Origin: an uncultured Spirochaetota bacterium
GTDB taxonomy: Bacteria; Spirochaetota; Spirochaetia; SZUA-6; CAVTHK01
NCBI GenBank assembly: GCA_963734495.1
Contig: CAVTHK010000016.1
Location: 32,001-96,000, forward strand
Direction: 5' to 3'
DNA length: 64,000 nt
The translations under genes were made by a program, and so were the position numbers. Position 1 is the stretch's first letter. Every line of letters starts with the position of its first letter. Below the pieces are notes generated by a model. The model was not told where the DNA came from and searched no databases. It was given only the letters and a program-made list of their open reading frames with translations. This document shows, in pieces, positions 10,905 to 20,832 of this stretch.

Positions 10905-12224
10905 ATGGCGAACCCTTTGGTCGATATTTTCCGTGTAAAGGACCTGCGGGCCAGGATCCTGTTCACGGTAGGGATGCTCGTTGTGTTCCGGCTCGGAACG
11001 TTTCTTCCGATCCCGGGAGTGGACCGGAACGCGATCGTTGCGTATTTCGCGCAGGAGGCGCAAGGCGCCGGAATTCTCGACTTCCTGGATTTCTTTTCCG
11101 GTGGGGCGCTGAAGAACTTCTCTATCTTCATGCTCGGCATCATGCCGTACATCACCACCTCGATCATCATGCAGCTGCTGACGATCGCCTTCCCCAAGCT
11201 GAAAAAGCTCGCGGAGGAGCCGGGGGGCCGCAAGAAGATCCAGCGCTACACGAGGCTGCTGACCGTGCCGGTCTGCATCGTGCAGTCGTTCACGATCACC
11301 CGGCTGACGGACCAGATCCCCGACGCGATCACTCTTTCGCCGGTGGCATTCGCCCTGATCGCGATCCTCACGGTGACCGTCGGGACGCTGTTCCTGATGT
11401 GGATGGGCGAGCAGATCACGCGGCGCGGAGTAGGCAACGGCACGTCCCTGATCATCTTTGCCGGGATCGTGGCGCGCGTGCCATGGGCGATCAACCAGCT
11501 CATCAAGGCCGTGCGGGATCCCACGCAGAACCTGAACCCGGTGTTCCTGATCGTGGTCTTCGGCCTCTTCGTCGGGGTCGTGGCGCTGGTGGTCTACGAG
11601 CAGCAGGGCCAGAGGAAGATCCCGGTCAACTACGCCAAGAGGGTCGTGGGGCGGCGCATCTACGGGGCGCAGAACACATATATCCCCTTCAAGATCAACC
11701 CCTCGGGCGTCATCCCGGTGATTTTCGCCTCGTCGGTGCTCTCGATGCCGATCCAGATCGCGCAGAGCCTCGGCCGCCAGGTCCCATGGCTCGAGCAGAT
11801 CGCGTCCTTCCTGAGCCCGTCGGGGGTGATGTACCAGGTGATCTACGCCGTGCTGATCATCTTCTTCGCGTACTTCTACACGCAGGTCACGCTGAACCCG
11901 ATGGAGATCTCGAAGAACATCCGCGAGAACGGAGGCTCGATCCCGGGCATCCGCAGCGAGAAGATGGAGGAGTACCTCACCCGCATTCTGAACCGGATCG
12001 TTCTTCCGGGCTCGCTGTTCCTCGCGTTCATAGCGCTCATCCCGTCGATCGTGCAGGGGCTCTTCCACTTCCCCGTCGCGGTCGCATACTTGATGGGCGG
12101 CACTTCGCTTCTGATCCTCGTGGGCGTCGACCTGGACACGATGGCCCAGATCGAAGGGCACCTGCGGATGCACCACCACGACGGGATCCTGAAGAAGGGC
12201 CGCATCCGGGCGCGAAACCTGTAA
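10905..12224 (+). CDS. secY: preprotein translocase subunit SecY
   Basis: [31 protein letters not shown]; multiple hydrophobic segments. Confidence 0.99.
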   Translation: MANPLVDIFRVKDLRARILFTVGMLVVFRLGTFLPIPGVDRNAIVAYFAQEAQGAGILDFLDFFSGGALKNFSIFMLGIMPYITTSIIMQLLTIAFPKLKKLAEEPGGRKKIQRYTRLLTVPVCIVQSFTITRLTDQIPDAITLSPVAFALIAILTVTVGTLFLMWMGEQITRRGVGNGTSLIIFAGIVARVPWAINQLIKAVRDPTQNLNPVFLIVVFGLFVGVVALVVYEQQGQRKIPVNYAKRVVGRRIYGAQNTYIPFKINPSGVIPVIFASSVLSMPIQIAQSLGRQVPWLEQIASFLSPSGVMYQVIYAVLIIFFAYFYTQVTLNPMEISKNIRENGGSIPGIRSEKMEEYLTRILNRIVLPGSLFLAFIALIPSIVQGLFHFPVAVAYLMGGTSLLILVGVDLDTMAQIEGHLRMHHHDGILKKGRIRARNL

Positions 12225-12235
12225 GGAGGCCGGCG

Positions 12236-12349
12236 ATGAAAGTGCGCGCGAGCGTGAAACCCATCTGCGACAAGTGCAAGGTGATCCGGAGGCGGGGCAT
12301 CGTGCGGATCATCTGCAAGAACCCGAAGCACAAGCAGCGCCAGGGATAG
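12236..12349 (+). CDS. rpmJ: 50S ribosomal protein L36 (zinc-ribbon type)
   Basis: [39 protein letters not shown] aggagg. Confidence 0.98.
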   Translation: MKVRASVKPICDKCKVIRRRGIVRIICKNPKHKQRQG

Positions 12350-12363
12350 CGCGGGAGGCATAG

Positions 12364-12741
12364 GTGGCAAGAATCGCGGGAGTCGACCTCCCCAACAAGC
12401 ACGTCGACGTGGCCCTCACGTACATCTACGGAATCGGGCGTTCCTCGGCGCGGCAGATCTGCGAGCGCGCGAGGATCAATCCCGAGACGCGCATCAACGA
12501 CGTTTCGTCGGGGGACCTCAACGAGGTCCGCAGGCTGCTCGAGACCGAGTACACGGTCGAGGGACGCCTCAGGACCGAGATGGCGCTGAACATCAAGCGG
12601 CTCATGGACATCGGTTGCTACCGGGGCTTGAGGCACCGCCGCGGCCTGCCGGTTCGCGGGCAGCGGACGAGGACCAACGCCCGTACGCGCAAGGGCAAGC
12701 GCAAGACCGTGGCCGGGAAGAAGAAGGCCCCGCGGCAGTAG
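12364..12741 (+). CDS. rpsM: 30S ribosomal protein S13
   Basis: [19 protein letters not shown]. Confidence 0.98.
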   Translation: MARIAGVDLPNKHVDVALTYIYGIGRSSARQICERARINPETRINDVSSGDLNEVRRLLETEYTVEGRLRTEMALNIKRLMDIGCYRGLRHRRGLPVRGQRTRTNARTRKGKRKTVAGKKKAPRQ

Positions 12742-12780
12742 CCCGGCGCCGGGCGAGACGCCCGGAAGTAGGAGGAGAGC

Positions 12781-13164
12781 TTGGCAGTCAAGCGTGGGAA
12801 GAAGGAAAAGAAGAAGAACGTCTCGGCGGGATGCGTCTACATCCAGGCGACCTTCAACAACACGATCGTCACCATCACCGACCTGATGGGCAACACGGTG
12901 TCCTGGGCTTCGGCCGGGGGGCTGGGGTTCAGGGGCGCGAAAAAGTCCACCCCGTTCGCGGCGCAGAGCACCGCGGAGACGGCGGCGCGCAAGGCGATGG
13001 ACAGCGGGCTGCGCGAGGTCCGTGTCTTCGTCAAGGGGCCCGGAGGCGGGCGCGAGTCGGCGGTCCGGTCGCTCGGAGCGCTCGGGTTGAGGATCCTGTC
13101 GATCAAGGACACGACACCCATCCCGCACAACGGCTGCCGCCCGCAGAAGAGCCGCAGAGTCTGA
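12781..13164 (+). CDS. rpsK: 30S ribosomal protein S11
   Basis: [22 protein letters not shown]. Confidence 0.98.
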   Translation: MAVKRGKKEKKKNVSAGCVYIQATFNNTIVTITDLMGNTVSWASAGGLGFRGAKKSTPFAAQSTAETAARKAMDSGLREVRVFVKGPGGGRESAVRSLGALGLRILSIKDTTPIPHNGCRPQKSRRV

Positions 13165-13182
13165 CGCGAGGAGTAATTTCCA

Positions 13183-13818
13183 ATGGGAAGGTATACCGGG
13201 CCGCAGTGCCGGCTTTGCCGGGCCGAAGGGACCAAGCTCTTTCTCAAGGGCGAGCGGTGCCACACCGACAAGTGCGCGATCAGCCGCAAGCGGCCGGCGC
13301 CGGGCCTCGGCCCGAGGGCGCGCACGAAGAAGACTTCGGACTACGGCGTGCAGCTGCGTGAGAAACAGAAGCTCAAGCGGATCTACGGCATGCTCGAGAA
13401 CCAGTTCCGGCTCTTCTTCTTCCGCGCCAACCGCATGAAGGGGATGACGGGCGAGAACCTGCTGATCCTGCTGGAGCGGCGGCTCGACAACGTGGTCTAC
13501 CGGATGCGGTTCGCGTCGTCGCGCAAGCAGGCCAGGCAGCTCGTGTCGCACGGCCTGTTCTCGGTCAACGGGCGGAGGGTCACGATTCCGTCCTACATGG
13601 TCAGGCTCGAAGACGTGATCGAGGTGCACGACAAGGCCGGAAAGCATACGGCCATCAAAGAAAGCCTCAAGGAGTACACCCGATCCGGGGTCGTCCCCTG
13701 GCTCCAGGTGGACCCCGACGGCCTGCGCGGAAAAGTGCTGCAGCTTCCGCGCCGGAACGACCTCACGGACCTCGCGGACGTGAAGGAGCAGCTTATCGTC
13801 GAGCTCTATTCAAAGTAA
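13183..13818 (+). CDS. rpsD: 30S ribosomal protein S4
   Basis: LERRLDNVVYR, QLIVELYSK. Confidence 0.98.
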   Translation: MGRYTGPQCRLCRAEGTKLFLKGERCHTDKCAISRKRPAPGLGPRARTKKTSDYGVQLREKQKLKRIYGMLENQFRLFFFRANRMKGMTGENLLILLERRLDNVVYRMRFASSRKQARQLVSHGLFSVNGRRVTIPSYMVRLEDVIEVHDKAGKHTAIKESLKEYTRSGVVPWLQVDPDGLRGKVLQLPRRNDLTDLADVKEQLIVELYSK

Positions 13819-13836
13819 CGGAGGCCTTGGCAGCGA

Positions 13837-14985
13837 ATGGCACGAAAGAGCCTGCTTAAGGGATTCAAGAAGCCGAAGGGCCTGACGTTCGAGCACGGTG
13901 AGTCGCAGCCGAACTACGGCAGATTCATCGCCTATCCGTTCGAACGGGGCTACGGGACGACCATCGGGAACACGCTGCGGCGGATCCTGCTGTCGTCCAT
14001 TCAGGGCTACGCTGTCACCGCCGTGAGGATCACCCACTTCGGCGAGGACGGCGCTCCGCACGTGGCGTCGAGTGAGTACGAGTCGCTCCCCGACTTCGTT
14101 GAGGACATCCCCGAAATCGTGAGCAACCTCAAGCAGCTGAAGCTCGCGCTCGACGGGGAGAACGAAAGCGAAACGCTCGTCGTCGAGTGCAAGGGCAAGG
14201 GCACGATCACCGGCAAGGACCTGGTGCGCGGCAGCGTCCGCGTGCTGAACTCGGACCTGCACATCGCAACGCTGACGGAGAACGCCAACGTCGAGCTCGA
14301 GGTCCAGGTCGACCTCGGCCGGGGCTACGTGCCGGCGGAGCGCAACCAGGAGCACGTGGAGGTCATCGGCTCGATCGCGGTGGACGCGTTGTTCTCGCCC
14401 GTCGAGAAGGTGCGGTTCGCGGTGGAGAACACCCGCGTCGGCCAGCGCAGCGACTACGACAAGCTCGTGCTCGAGGTCTGGACCGACGGGACGATCACCG
14501 CCGAGGACGCCCTCGGTGAGGCGGCGAAGATCGCGAAGGACCACTTCACGATCTTCATCAATTTCAACGAGGACGACATCAGCGCGGAGCAGGACCTCGG
14601 CGACGAGGACGAGCTGATCAGGAAGTTCCTCGAAACTCCCGTCGAGGAGCTCGAGCTCTCGGTGCGGTCGAGCAACTGCCTGAAGAACGCGAACATCCGG
14701 ACGATCGGGGACCTGACGAGGCGCACCGAAGACGAGATCGTCAAGACGCGGAACTTCGGCAAGAAGTCGCTCCAGGAGATCAAGGAGAGGCTCGCCGAGT
14801 GGAACCTGAGCCTCGGCATGAAGGACTATTCGGCGCTCAAGGTTCCGGCCAGCTTCCGCCTCAAGTACGAGAAGAAGGACGAGGAAGGCGGCGAAGAGGC
14901 CGAGGAGCCCGAGGCGGGCGAGGAGCCGGCCAGACCAGACCGGCCGGAAGGCCCGGAAGACCAGGACAACGACGATGAAGCATAG
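13837..14985 (+). CDS. rpoA: RNA polymerase alpha subunit (acidic C-terminal tail)
   Basis: [38 protein letters not shown]. Confidence 0.99.
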   Translation: MARKSLLKGFKKPKGLTFEHGESQPNYGRFIAYPFERGYGTTIGNTLRRILLSSIQGYAVTAVRITHFGEDGAPHVASSEYESLPDFVEDIPEIVSNLKQLKLALDGENESETLVVECKGKGTITGKDLVRGSVRVLNSDLHIATLTENANVELEVQVDLGRGYVPAERNQEHVEVIGSIAVDALFSPVEKVRFAVENTRVGQRSDYDKLVLEVWTDGTITAEDALGEAAKIAKDHFTIFINFNEDDISAEQDLGDEDELIRKFLETPVEELELSVRSSNCLKNANIRTIGDLTRRTEDEIVKTRNFGKKSLQEIKERLAEWNLSLGMKDYSALKVPASFRLKYEKKDEEGGEEAEEPEAGEEPARPDRPEGPEDQDNDDEA

Positions 14986-15403
14986 GATCAGCGGGAACCG
15001 GCTCGGCCGGGATGCGGGGCATCTGCGGGCGACGCTCAAGAGCATGGTCACCTCGCTCCTCAAGTACGAGCGGATCAGGACGACCAAGGCGAAGGCGCTC
15101 CAGGTGCGACGCAAGGCCGAGAAGATGATCACCAGGGGCAAGCTCGATTCCGTGCACAACCGGCGGATCGTCCGCAGGCAGGTGGAGGACAAGGCCGTCC
15201 TCGCCAAGCTGTTCACCGACGTCGGGCCGCGCTTCTCGTCGCGCCCCGGCGGCTATACGCGCATCCTCAAGCTCGGCCGCCGACGCGGAGATGCAGCCGA
15301 GATGGTCCTGCTCGAGCTCGTGGAGCGCAAGACGGTCCAGAAGCCGAAGCGCGAAAAGAAGGCCAAGGTCGAAGAGGCCCCCGCGGAGGAAGCGAAGAAG
15401 TAG
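14975..15403 (+). CDS. rplQ: 50S ribosomal protein L17
   Basis: [12 protein letters not shown]. Confidence 0.98.
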   Translation: MKHRISGNRLGRDAGHLRATLKSMVTSLLKYERIRTTKAKALQVRRKAEKMITRGKLDSVHNRRIVRRQVEDKAVLAKLFTDVGPRFSSRPGGYTRILKLGRRRGDAAEMVLLELVERKTVQKPKREKKAKVEEAPAEEAKK

Positions 15404-15427
15404 CCGGGCCCCGAGGGGCGATGAGCG

Positions 15428-15463
15428 CGCGCCGGGCCCCGGGAGCCCGGCGCGTCTTTTTTT
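15428..15463 (+). terminator. intrinsic terminator ending the ribosomal protein cluster
   Basis: Stem cgcgccgggc/gcccggcgcg followed by tcttttttt. Confidence 0.8.
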
Positions 15464-15491
15464 CCCCCCGACGGGGGCGCCGCAGCCGGCG

Positions 15492-15521
15492 TTGATCGGG
15501 CGGGTGGGCCGGTGATAGACT
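15492..15521 (+). promoter_or_regulatory. putative sigma70 promoter
   Basis: TTGATC-N18-TAGACT with TGn extended -10. Confidence 0.45.
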
Positions 15522-15568
15522 GCCGATAAGAACAATGGAGCCCACCGGGCGCTCATGCCCGGGCACAG

Positions 15569-18397
15569 GTGATGAGGCAGAGTCTCAAGATCGCCCTGAG
15601 CCTTTTCATTTCCGTGTTGGCAGTCAGCGCGTTCGTGCTGGTGGCCTACTCGGGACTGTTCAAAGCCATCGAAGCGACCTTCTACAGCCCCCGGGTCAGG
15701 CAGGAATACGAGCAGCGGGCGCGGGAGCTCCACGGTCGCGTCGTGGCCTACCACGAGGCGAACCAGGCGAGGTTCGCGGAGCAGATCCGGGCCCCCTACG
15801 TTCTCCGGGCTTTTCTCACCACCCAGCTCACGCAGGACATCGAGGCGCGGGCCGAGGCCTTCGGCAACCTCCGCAAGGAGTACCAGGACCTGCGGATCGT
15901 GCGCCTCGTGGGCGCCGACGGTCGGCAGGTCCATTTCAGCACGCTGCCGTCGGACGAGCGGGAGCGCACGCCTGAGACGAGAGTCTACCAGCCCTTCGAC
16001 CGCATCGCCGGTCCCGATGGGAGACGGCTGCTCCTCGCAGAGGGCGACAGCGCTAGGGTGAGCCGCAGCGGGCGGGAGTCCGCCTTCGTCTATTCGCTTC
16101 CCGTCGTCGATCAGCTCGGCGTTTTTCAGGGGACCGCCCTGTTCTACGTCGGGTTCCGGGACCTCTACAGCTACCTCGCGCGCTTCCCCGAAGCGCCGTT
16201 CAGCGACTTCGCGACCGTGGGCGACCTCGGCCTCGTCGCAGGCTTCCCGGAATCGCGGGTGAGCCTGATCGCGGACGACGTCACCGCAGCCTGGGCTCGC
16301 GGCGGCGAAGGCGATGTGTCGAGCGTCCGGATCGCAGCGACCAGCGGAGGCGAAGCCTATCTTCTCTTTTCAGTGGTCGACACCACCTATGGCAACGTCG
16401 GGTTGCTCGCCCCGGAATCGCGGCTCGAGATGCCGGCGGCCGTCACGATCGTCCTGACGGCGGCCTTCTTCTCCACACTGTTCCTCGTGGTCTTCCTCCT
16501 GCTGAACCTGCGGCAGGATCCGGTGACCGCCGTCAGCGAGCGCATCAGGCGGTTCCAGACGGATTTCCTGCGGCAGTTCGTGGAGTCGCGCCGGGGCGTC
16601 GATTGGGAGACGTGGCGCCGCGAGCTCGCGCTCAAGGAACCCGTCGTCCGGCGTGAGATCCGCAGGGGAATCGGCCGCGTTCAGGGCTCGCAGCGCAAGG
16701 AGGTCGACGCGCTCGTCGACAAGGGCTGGGAGGAGATCCTCAATGCCCTCGGCGTCCGGGCGTCGACGACCGGCGCGGTACCGACCGACGTGGGTCGCCT
16801 CGAAGAGCTGGTCAAGCAGCTGATGGAGCGCGGTGGCGCCGCACCGGCCGCATCGCGCGCAGAGCCTGCTGCCGCGGCGCCCACGGCAGCCGCCGAGCGG
16901 CTGGGAAGCCCTGGGCCCCAGGCGGTCGAGCTGGTCGCCGAGGCGGAGGCGGTCCCGCAGCCCGCAGGGGCGGAAGACGCCTGGCCGCTGGACGAAGAGG
17001 TGCTGCCTGCGGTGGAAGAAGCGGAGCCGGCAACGGGGGAGGCGGCAACTGCGGAAGCCGAGCCCGTAGAGGAGGCTCTGCCGGTCGTGGAAGAGGCGCT
17101 TGCGGTCGAAGCAGGGCCGGTCGCGGATGAGGTTCAGCCTGCCGCCGAGGCAGCTCCCGCGGCCGTCGAGGCTGCCGAGCTCGTCGACGTCGAAGAGCTT
17201 GAGCCGCTCGAGGCGCTCGAAGCGGTCGAAGAAGTGTCGCCGGCGGCCGAGCCAGTTCAAGCGTCGATCGCGGCCGAAGCTGCGGCGGAAGCGGCCGAGC
17301 CGGCCGAAGCGGTCGCCGAAGCAGTCGAAGTCGAGGACGTTGAAGGGCTCGGCCCGGAGCCCGGTGCAGAGGCCAGCGTCGCGGAGGCGCTCGCAGACGA
17401 GGCACTCGGTGAGGTCGAAGCCGGGCTTGAGACTGTCGCGGCGGCGGACCGGGATGCGCTCGGGGAAATGGACCATGGCGTCTCGGAGCTCGAGATGACC
17501 GAGACCCTTCCGGAGGAGCTCGAAGAGCTCGAGCCCATAGCCAGTTTCGTGCCGCTGCCCCCGGAGCCTTTCGAGCAGCTCGAGTACCTTCCGCCCGCGG
17601 TCGTGATGGAGGACGGCGAAATCGCCCACGCGGCCAGCGCGGGGGCCGACGGCAGGGTGCTCCCGATGGCGGCGGTGGATGCGATCGAGACGCAGGAAAT
17701 CATCGATCTCGTGCATCGGAAGGAAGCGTCGATCTACGCGATGCGCGAAGTGCTCCGCCTGACACCCGAGCCTTCCGAAGCAGTGGTGGAGGAGGACGGC
17801 ATCTACCGCATCAGCCAGCAGGCGTATTCGGCCTCGCCGCCCGAGGGGCGGGGCGAACTGGGGAACCTGGCCACTGCGGTGCTCGGGAGCCCCCCCGCCG
17901 CAGCCAAGGCCCCTCGCCGCCGCACCCTGATCGCTCCGGCAGGGCTTGATTACGACGACTATCTCGACCAGTTCCGCAAGCCGCTGACCGACCGCGTCGT
18001 CTTCAGGTCCCTGATCGCCATCTCGCAGGAAATCAGCGCCGTCGGCGTCATCATGCTCGCCGAGCACGACGGGAAGTACGAACCGCTGCTCAACATCGGG
18101 GTGGATGACACGACGGTATCCCGCTTCCATTTCACGGGCGAGGACCCGATCTCGGTCGACGTCCTTCGCAAGCGCAAGGCCTTCGTCCTGCACAAGCCAG
18201 CCGCCGCCGTCGAGGCGCTGCGGGCGCGCATCTCGTCGGAGGACGGCGGGTACATGAAACGGGCCGTCTTCCTGCCGGCCACCTACCGAGGGGCGAACGC
18301 CTTTCTCTTTTTCGCATTCGCGAGGGAGCGGAATCTGGCCTTGCGCGATCTGCTCAGCGCGCTGAACGCAGCCGTTTCCCCACAGAGGACTGCCTAA
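15569..18397 (+). CDS. hypothetical two-TM membrane protein with extracytoplasmic domain, long Glu/Ala/Pro-rich linker and C-terminal globular domain
   Basis: 942-aa ORF with host-like codon usage; hydrophobic segments near residues 8-27 and about 290-313. Confidence 0.8.
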   Translation: MMRQSLKIALSLFISVLAVSAFVLVAYSGLFKAIEATFYSPRVRQEYEQRARELHGRVVAYHEANQARFAEQIRAPYVLRAFLTTQLTQDIEARAEAFGNLRKEYQDLRIVRLVGADGRQVHFSTLPSDERERTPETRVYQPFDRIAGPDGRRLLLAEGDSARVSRSGRESAFVYSLPVVDQLGVFQGTALFYVGFRDLYSYLARFPEAPFSDFATVGDLGLVAGFPESRVSLIADDVTAAWARGGEGDVSSVRIAATSGGEAYLLFSVVDTTYGNVGLLAPESRLEMPAAVTIVLTAAFFSTLFLVVFLLLNLRQDPVTAVSERIRRFQTDFLRQFVESRRGVDWETWRRELALKEPVVRREIRRGIGRVQGSQRKEVDALVDKGWEEILNALGVRASTTGAVPTDVGRLEELVKQLMERGGAAPAASRAEPAAAAPTAAAERLGSPGPQAVELVAEAEAVPQPAGAEDAWPLDEEVLPAVEEAEPATGEAATAEAEPVEEALPVVEEALAVEAGPVADEVQPAAEAAPAAVEAAELVDVEELEPLEALEAVEEVSPAAEPVQASIAAEAAAEAAEPAEAVAEAVEVEDVEGLGPEPGAEASVAEALADEALGEVEAGLETVAAADRDALGEMDHGVSELEMTETLPEELEELEPIASFVPLPPEPFEQLEYLPPAVVMEDGEIAHAASAGADGRVLPMAAVDAIETQEIIDLVHRKEASIYAMREVLRLTPEPSEAVVEEDGIYRISQQAYSASPPEGRGELGNLATAVLGSPPAAAKAPRRRTLIAPAGLDYDDYLDQFRKPLTDRVVFRSLIAISQEISAVGVIMLAEHDGKYEPLLNIGVDDTTVSRFHFTGEDPISVDVLRKRKAFVLHKPAAAVEALRARISSEDGGYMKRAVFLPATYRGANAFLFFAFARERNLALRDLLSALNAAVSPQRTA

Positions 18398-18442
18398 TTG
18401 CTTTTTCCGCAAAGGAATAAGCTTTCCACGCAAAGTTTCGTG

Positions 18443-18470
18443 TTGACAAAACCGGAAAAACCGGTAGAAT
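18443..18470 (+). promoter_or_regulatory. sigma70 promoter of rny
   Basis: TTGACA-N16-TAGAAT in an AT-rich intergenic patch. Confidence 0.7.
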
Positions 18471-18496
18471 AGCTGAAACATCGCCACTGGGGGAAG

Positions 18497-20026
18497 ATGA
18501 TGGTGATTTTCTTTATCATTCTTCCTCTCGCTGGTTTGATTCTAGGTTGGACGATTCGATGGCTATACGCGAGGTTCCAGCTTTCGTCTGCTGAGCAGAA
18601 GGCGGTCCGGGTAGTTCAGGAGGCGCTCAGAGAGGCTGAGGTCAAGAAGAAAGAGGTCCTGCTCGAGACGAAGGACCAGCTGCTGCGGGAGAAGAACCAG
18701 CTTGAGAAAGAAGCCCGTGACAGAAGAAGTGACCTGCAGCGCGTCGAGAGGCGGGTGCTGGCCCGCGAGGAAAACCTAGAAAAGAAGACGGCCGCTCTTG
18801 AAAAGCAAGAGAAGGCCCAGGCAAACCGAGAGAGGGCACTGGAAGAGAGGGAGCTCGCGCTCTCGCGCGAAGAACAGCAGTGGCGCAGCGAGCTCGAACG
18901 GATCTCGGGTCTGACGTCCGAAGAAGCGAAGAACATCCTCGTCGAGAGCCTCAGCAAGGAGGCCAGGGAGGAGGCGCAGGTCCTGATCGGCAGGATCGAG
19001 CAGGAGGCCAAGCAGGCCGCCGAGCGGCGGTCGCGCGAAATCCTGCTTACCGCGATCCAGCGGGTCAGCACCGAGGTGAGCTCGGAGTTCACCGTCACTT
19101 CGGTGAGCCTTCCGAGCGACGAGATGAAGGGTCGGATCATCGGCCGCGAGGGCCGCAACATCCGGACGCTTGAGACCCTCACCGGCGTCGACGTCATCAT
19201 AGACGACACGCCGGAGGCGGTCGTGATCTCGTGCTTCGACCCCGTGCGCAAGGAGATCGCCAAGACGGCCCTGGAGCGCCTCATCTCCGACGGGCGAATC
19301 CACCCCGCGCGTATCGAGGAGGTGGTGCAGCGCGTCAGCAAGGAAGTCAACCAGGTGATGGTCCAGGAGGCCGAGAGGCACCTCTACGAGCTCGGCATCC
19401 ACAACATGAGCCAGGAGGGCGTACGCAGCCTGGGCAAGCTGCATTACCGCAGCAGCTACGGGCAGAACCTCCTCGTGCATTCGCGGGAGGTGGCCATGCT
19501 CTCGGCCGCCATCGCCGCCGAGATCGGGGCCGACGTCGAGATGGCGAAACGGGCGGGAATGCTGCACGACATCGGGAAGGCGGTGGACAGCACGGGCGAC
19601 GCGGGCTACGTCGAGGCGGGCGCCGAGATGGCCCGCAAGATGGGCGAGGACGCCAAAGTGGTCAACGCGATCGCCGCCCAGGACGGGGGCGCTGCTCCGC
19701 AGACTCTCGAGGCGGTGATCGTCCAGATCGCCAACGAGCTGTCGACGTCGCGGCCGGGAGCGAGGCGCGATTTCCTGGAGAGCTACATCAAGCGGCTCGA
19801 GAGCCTGGAACGGATCGCCAAGGACTTCCAAGGCGTCCAGGACGCGTTCGCGATCCAGGCCGGGCGCGAGCTGCGGGTGCTGGTCAACAACGCCGCCGTG
19901 GACGACGCGCGGGCGCGCGACCTCGCCAAGGAGATCGCGCGGCGCATCGAGCAGGAGCTGCGCTATCCCGGCCGGGTCAAGGTCACCATCGTGCGCGAGA
20001 AGCGCCTGATCGAGTACGCGCGGTAG
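18497..20026 (+). CDS. rny: ribonuclease Y (TM, coiled coil, KH, degenerate HD domain)
   Basis: EMKGRIIGREGRNIR, HDIGK, AIQAGRELRV; followed by ymdB as is usual. Confidence 0.95.
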   Translation: MMVIFFIILPLAGLILGWTIRWLYARFQLSSAEQKAVRVVQEALREAEVKKKEVLLETKDQLLREKNQLEKEARDRRSDLQRVERRVLAREENLEKKTAALEKQEKAQANRERALEERELALSREEQQWRSELERISGLTSEEAKNILVESLSKEAREEAQVLIGRIEQEAKQAAERRSREILLTAIQRVSTEVSSEFTVTSVSLPSDEMKGRIIGREGRNIRTLETLTGVDVIIDDTPEAVVISCFDPVRKEIAKTALERLISDGRIHPARIEEVVQRVSKEVNQVMVQEAERHLYELGIHNMSQEGVRSLGKLHYRSSYGQNLLVHSREVAMLSAAIAAEIGADVEMAKRAGMLHDIGKAVDSTGDAGYVEAGAEMARKMGEDAKVVNAIAAQDGGAAPQTLEAVIVQIANELSTSRPGARRDFLESYIKRLESLERIAKDFQGVQDAFAIQAGRELRVLVNNAAVDDARARDLAKEIARRIEQELRYPGRVKVTIVREKRLIEYAR

Positions 20027-20044
20027 CCTCGAGCGGAGGCCGCC

Positions 20045-20830
20045 TTGCTGCGTGTGCTGATCCTGGGCGACGTCGTCGGGCCTTCCGGCTGTCGCGCCTT
20101 GTTCGCGGGCCTGGCGGGCCTCGTATCGCGGCACCGGGCCGACCTGGTGATCGCCAACGGCGAGAACGCGGCGGACGGGCGCGGCATCAGGCCCGAGGAT
20201 GCGTCGGCGCTGTTCGCCGCCGGCGTGCAGGTGATCACGTCCGGCAACCACATCTGGCAGAGGCGCGAGATCCTCCCGATGCTGGAGAGCGACGACCGCC
20301 TGCTGCGGCCCGAGAACTACCCGGTGGGGGTCCCCGGCAAGGGACACTGCATCGTGAATGCGAGAGGACTCGCGGTGGGGGTGCTGAACCTTCAGGGCCG
20401 CGAGCAGCTCCCGCCGATCCGCTGCCCATTCCGCGTGGGCCGCGAGAGCGCGGCGCGTCTCGCGCAGCAGGCCGCCCTCGTGATCGTGGACTTTCACGCG
20501 GAGGCGCCGCACGAGAAGGAGGCGCTGGCCTACCACCTGGACGGCAAGTGCGCCCTCGTGTTCGGGACGCATACCCACGTGCAGACGGCCGACGAAAGGA
20601 TCCTCCCCGGGGGCACCGGGTTCATCACCGACATCGGCATGACGGGCCCGGCGGACAGTATCATCGGGATGAGCGTCGAGACCGGGATCCGGCGCGGACA
20701 GACCCAGATGCCGCTGCGGATGGAGGTGGAGGACAGGCCCGCGCAGATCTGCGGAATCCTGGCCGAGATCGACACGGAGCGCAAGGCCGCGGTCTCCATC
20801 ACCCGCATCCGCGAGACTTCGCCGGTGTAG
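20045..20830 (+). CDS. ymdB: YmdB-family metallophosphoesterase
   Basis: GDVVG, ANGENA, TSGNH, DFHAEA, GTHTHVQTAD. Confidence 0.93.
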   Translation: MLRVLILGDVVGPSGCRALFAGLAGLVSRHRADLVIANGENAADGRGIRPEDASALFAAGVQVITSGNHIWQRREILPMLESDDRLLRPENYPVGVPGKGHCIVNARGLAVGVLNLQGREQLPPIRCPFRVGRESAARLAQQAALVIVDFHAEAPHEKEALAYHLDGKCALVFGTHTHVQTADERILPGGTGFITDIGMTGPADSIIGMSVETGIRRGQTQMPLRMEVEDRPAQICGILAEIDTERKAAVSITRIRETSPV

Positions 20831-20832
20831 CC

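Noticed and set aside
12224..12236. Missing adk/map/infA between secY and rpmJ
   Set aside because: A known lineage-level variation in gene order; not novel
14870..14985. Acidic C-terminal tail of RpoA
   Set aside because: Variable acidic tails are common on alpha subunits; no further signal
87..15216. Long antisense ORFs opposite tuf and r-protein genes (e.g. 87..1832, 10200..12179, 12037..13647)
   Set aside because: Shadow ORFs typical of high-GC codon bias; no recognisable motifs
18398..18560. Low-GC patch as a foreign insertion or 6S RNA
   Set aside because: Too short, and explained by the promoter and the 5' TM-coding region of rny
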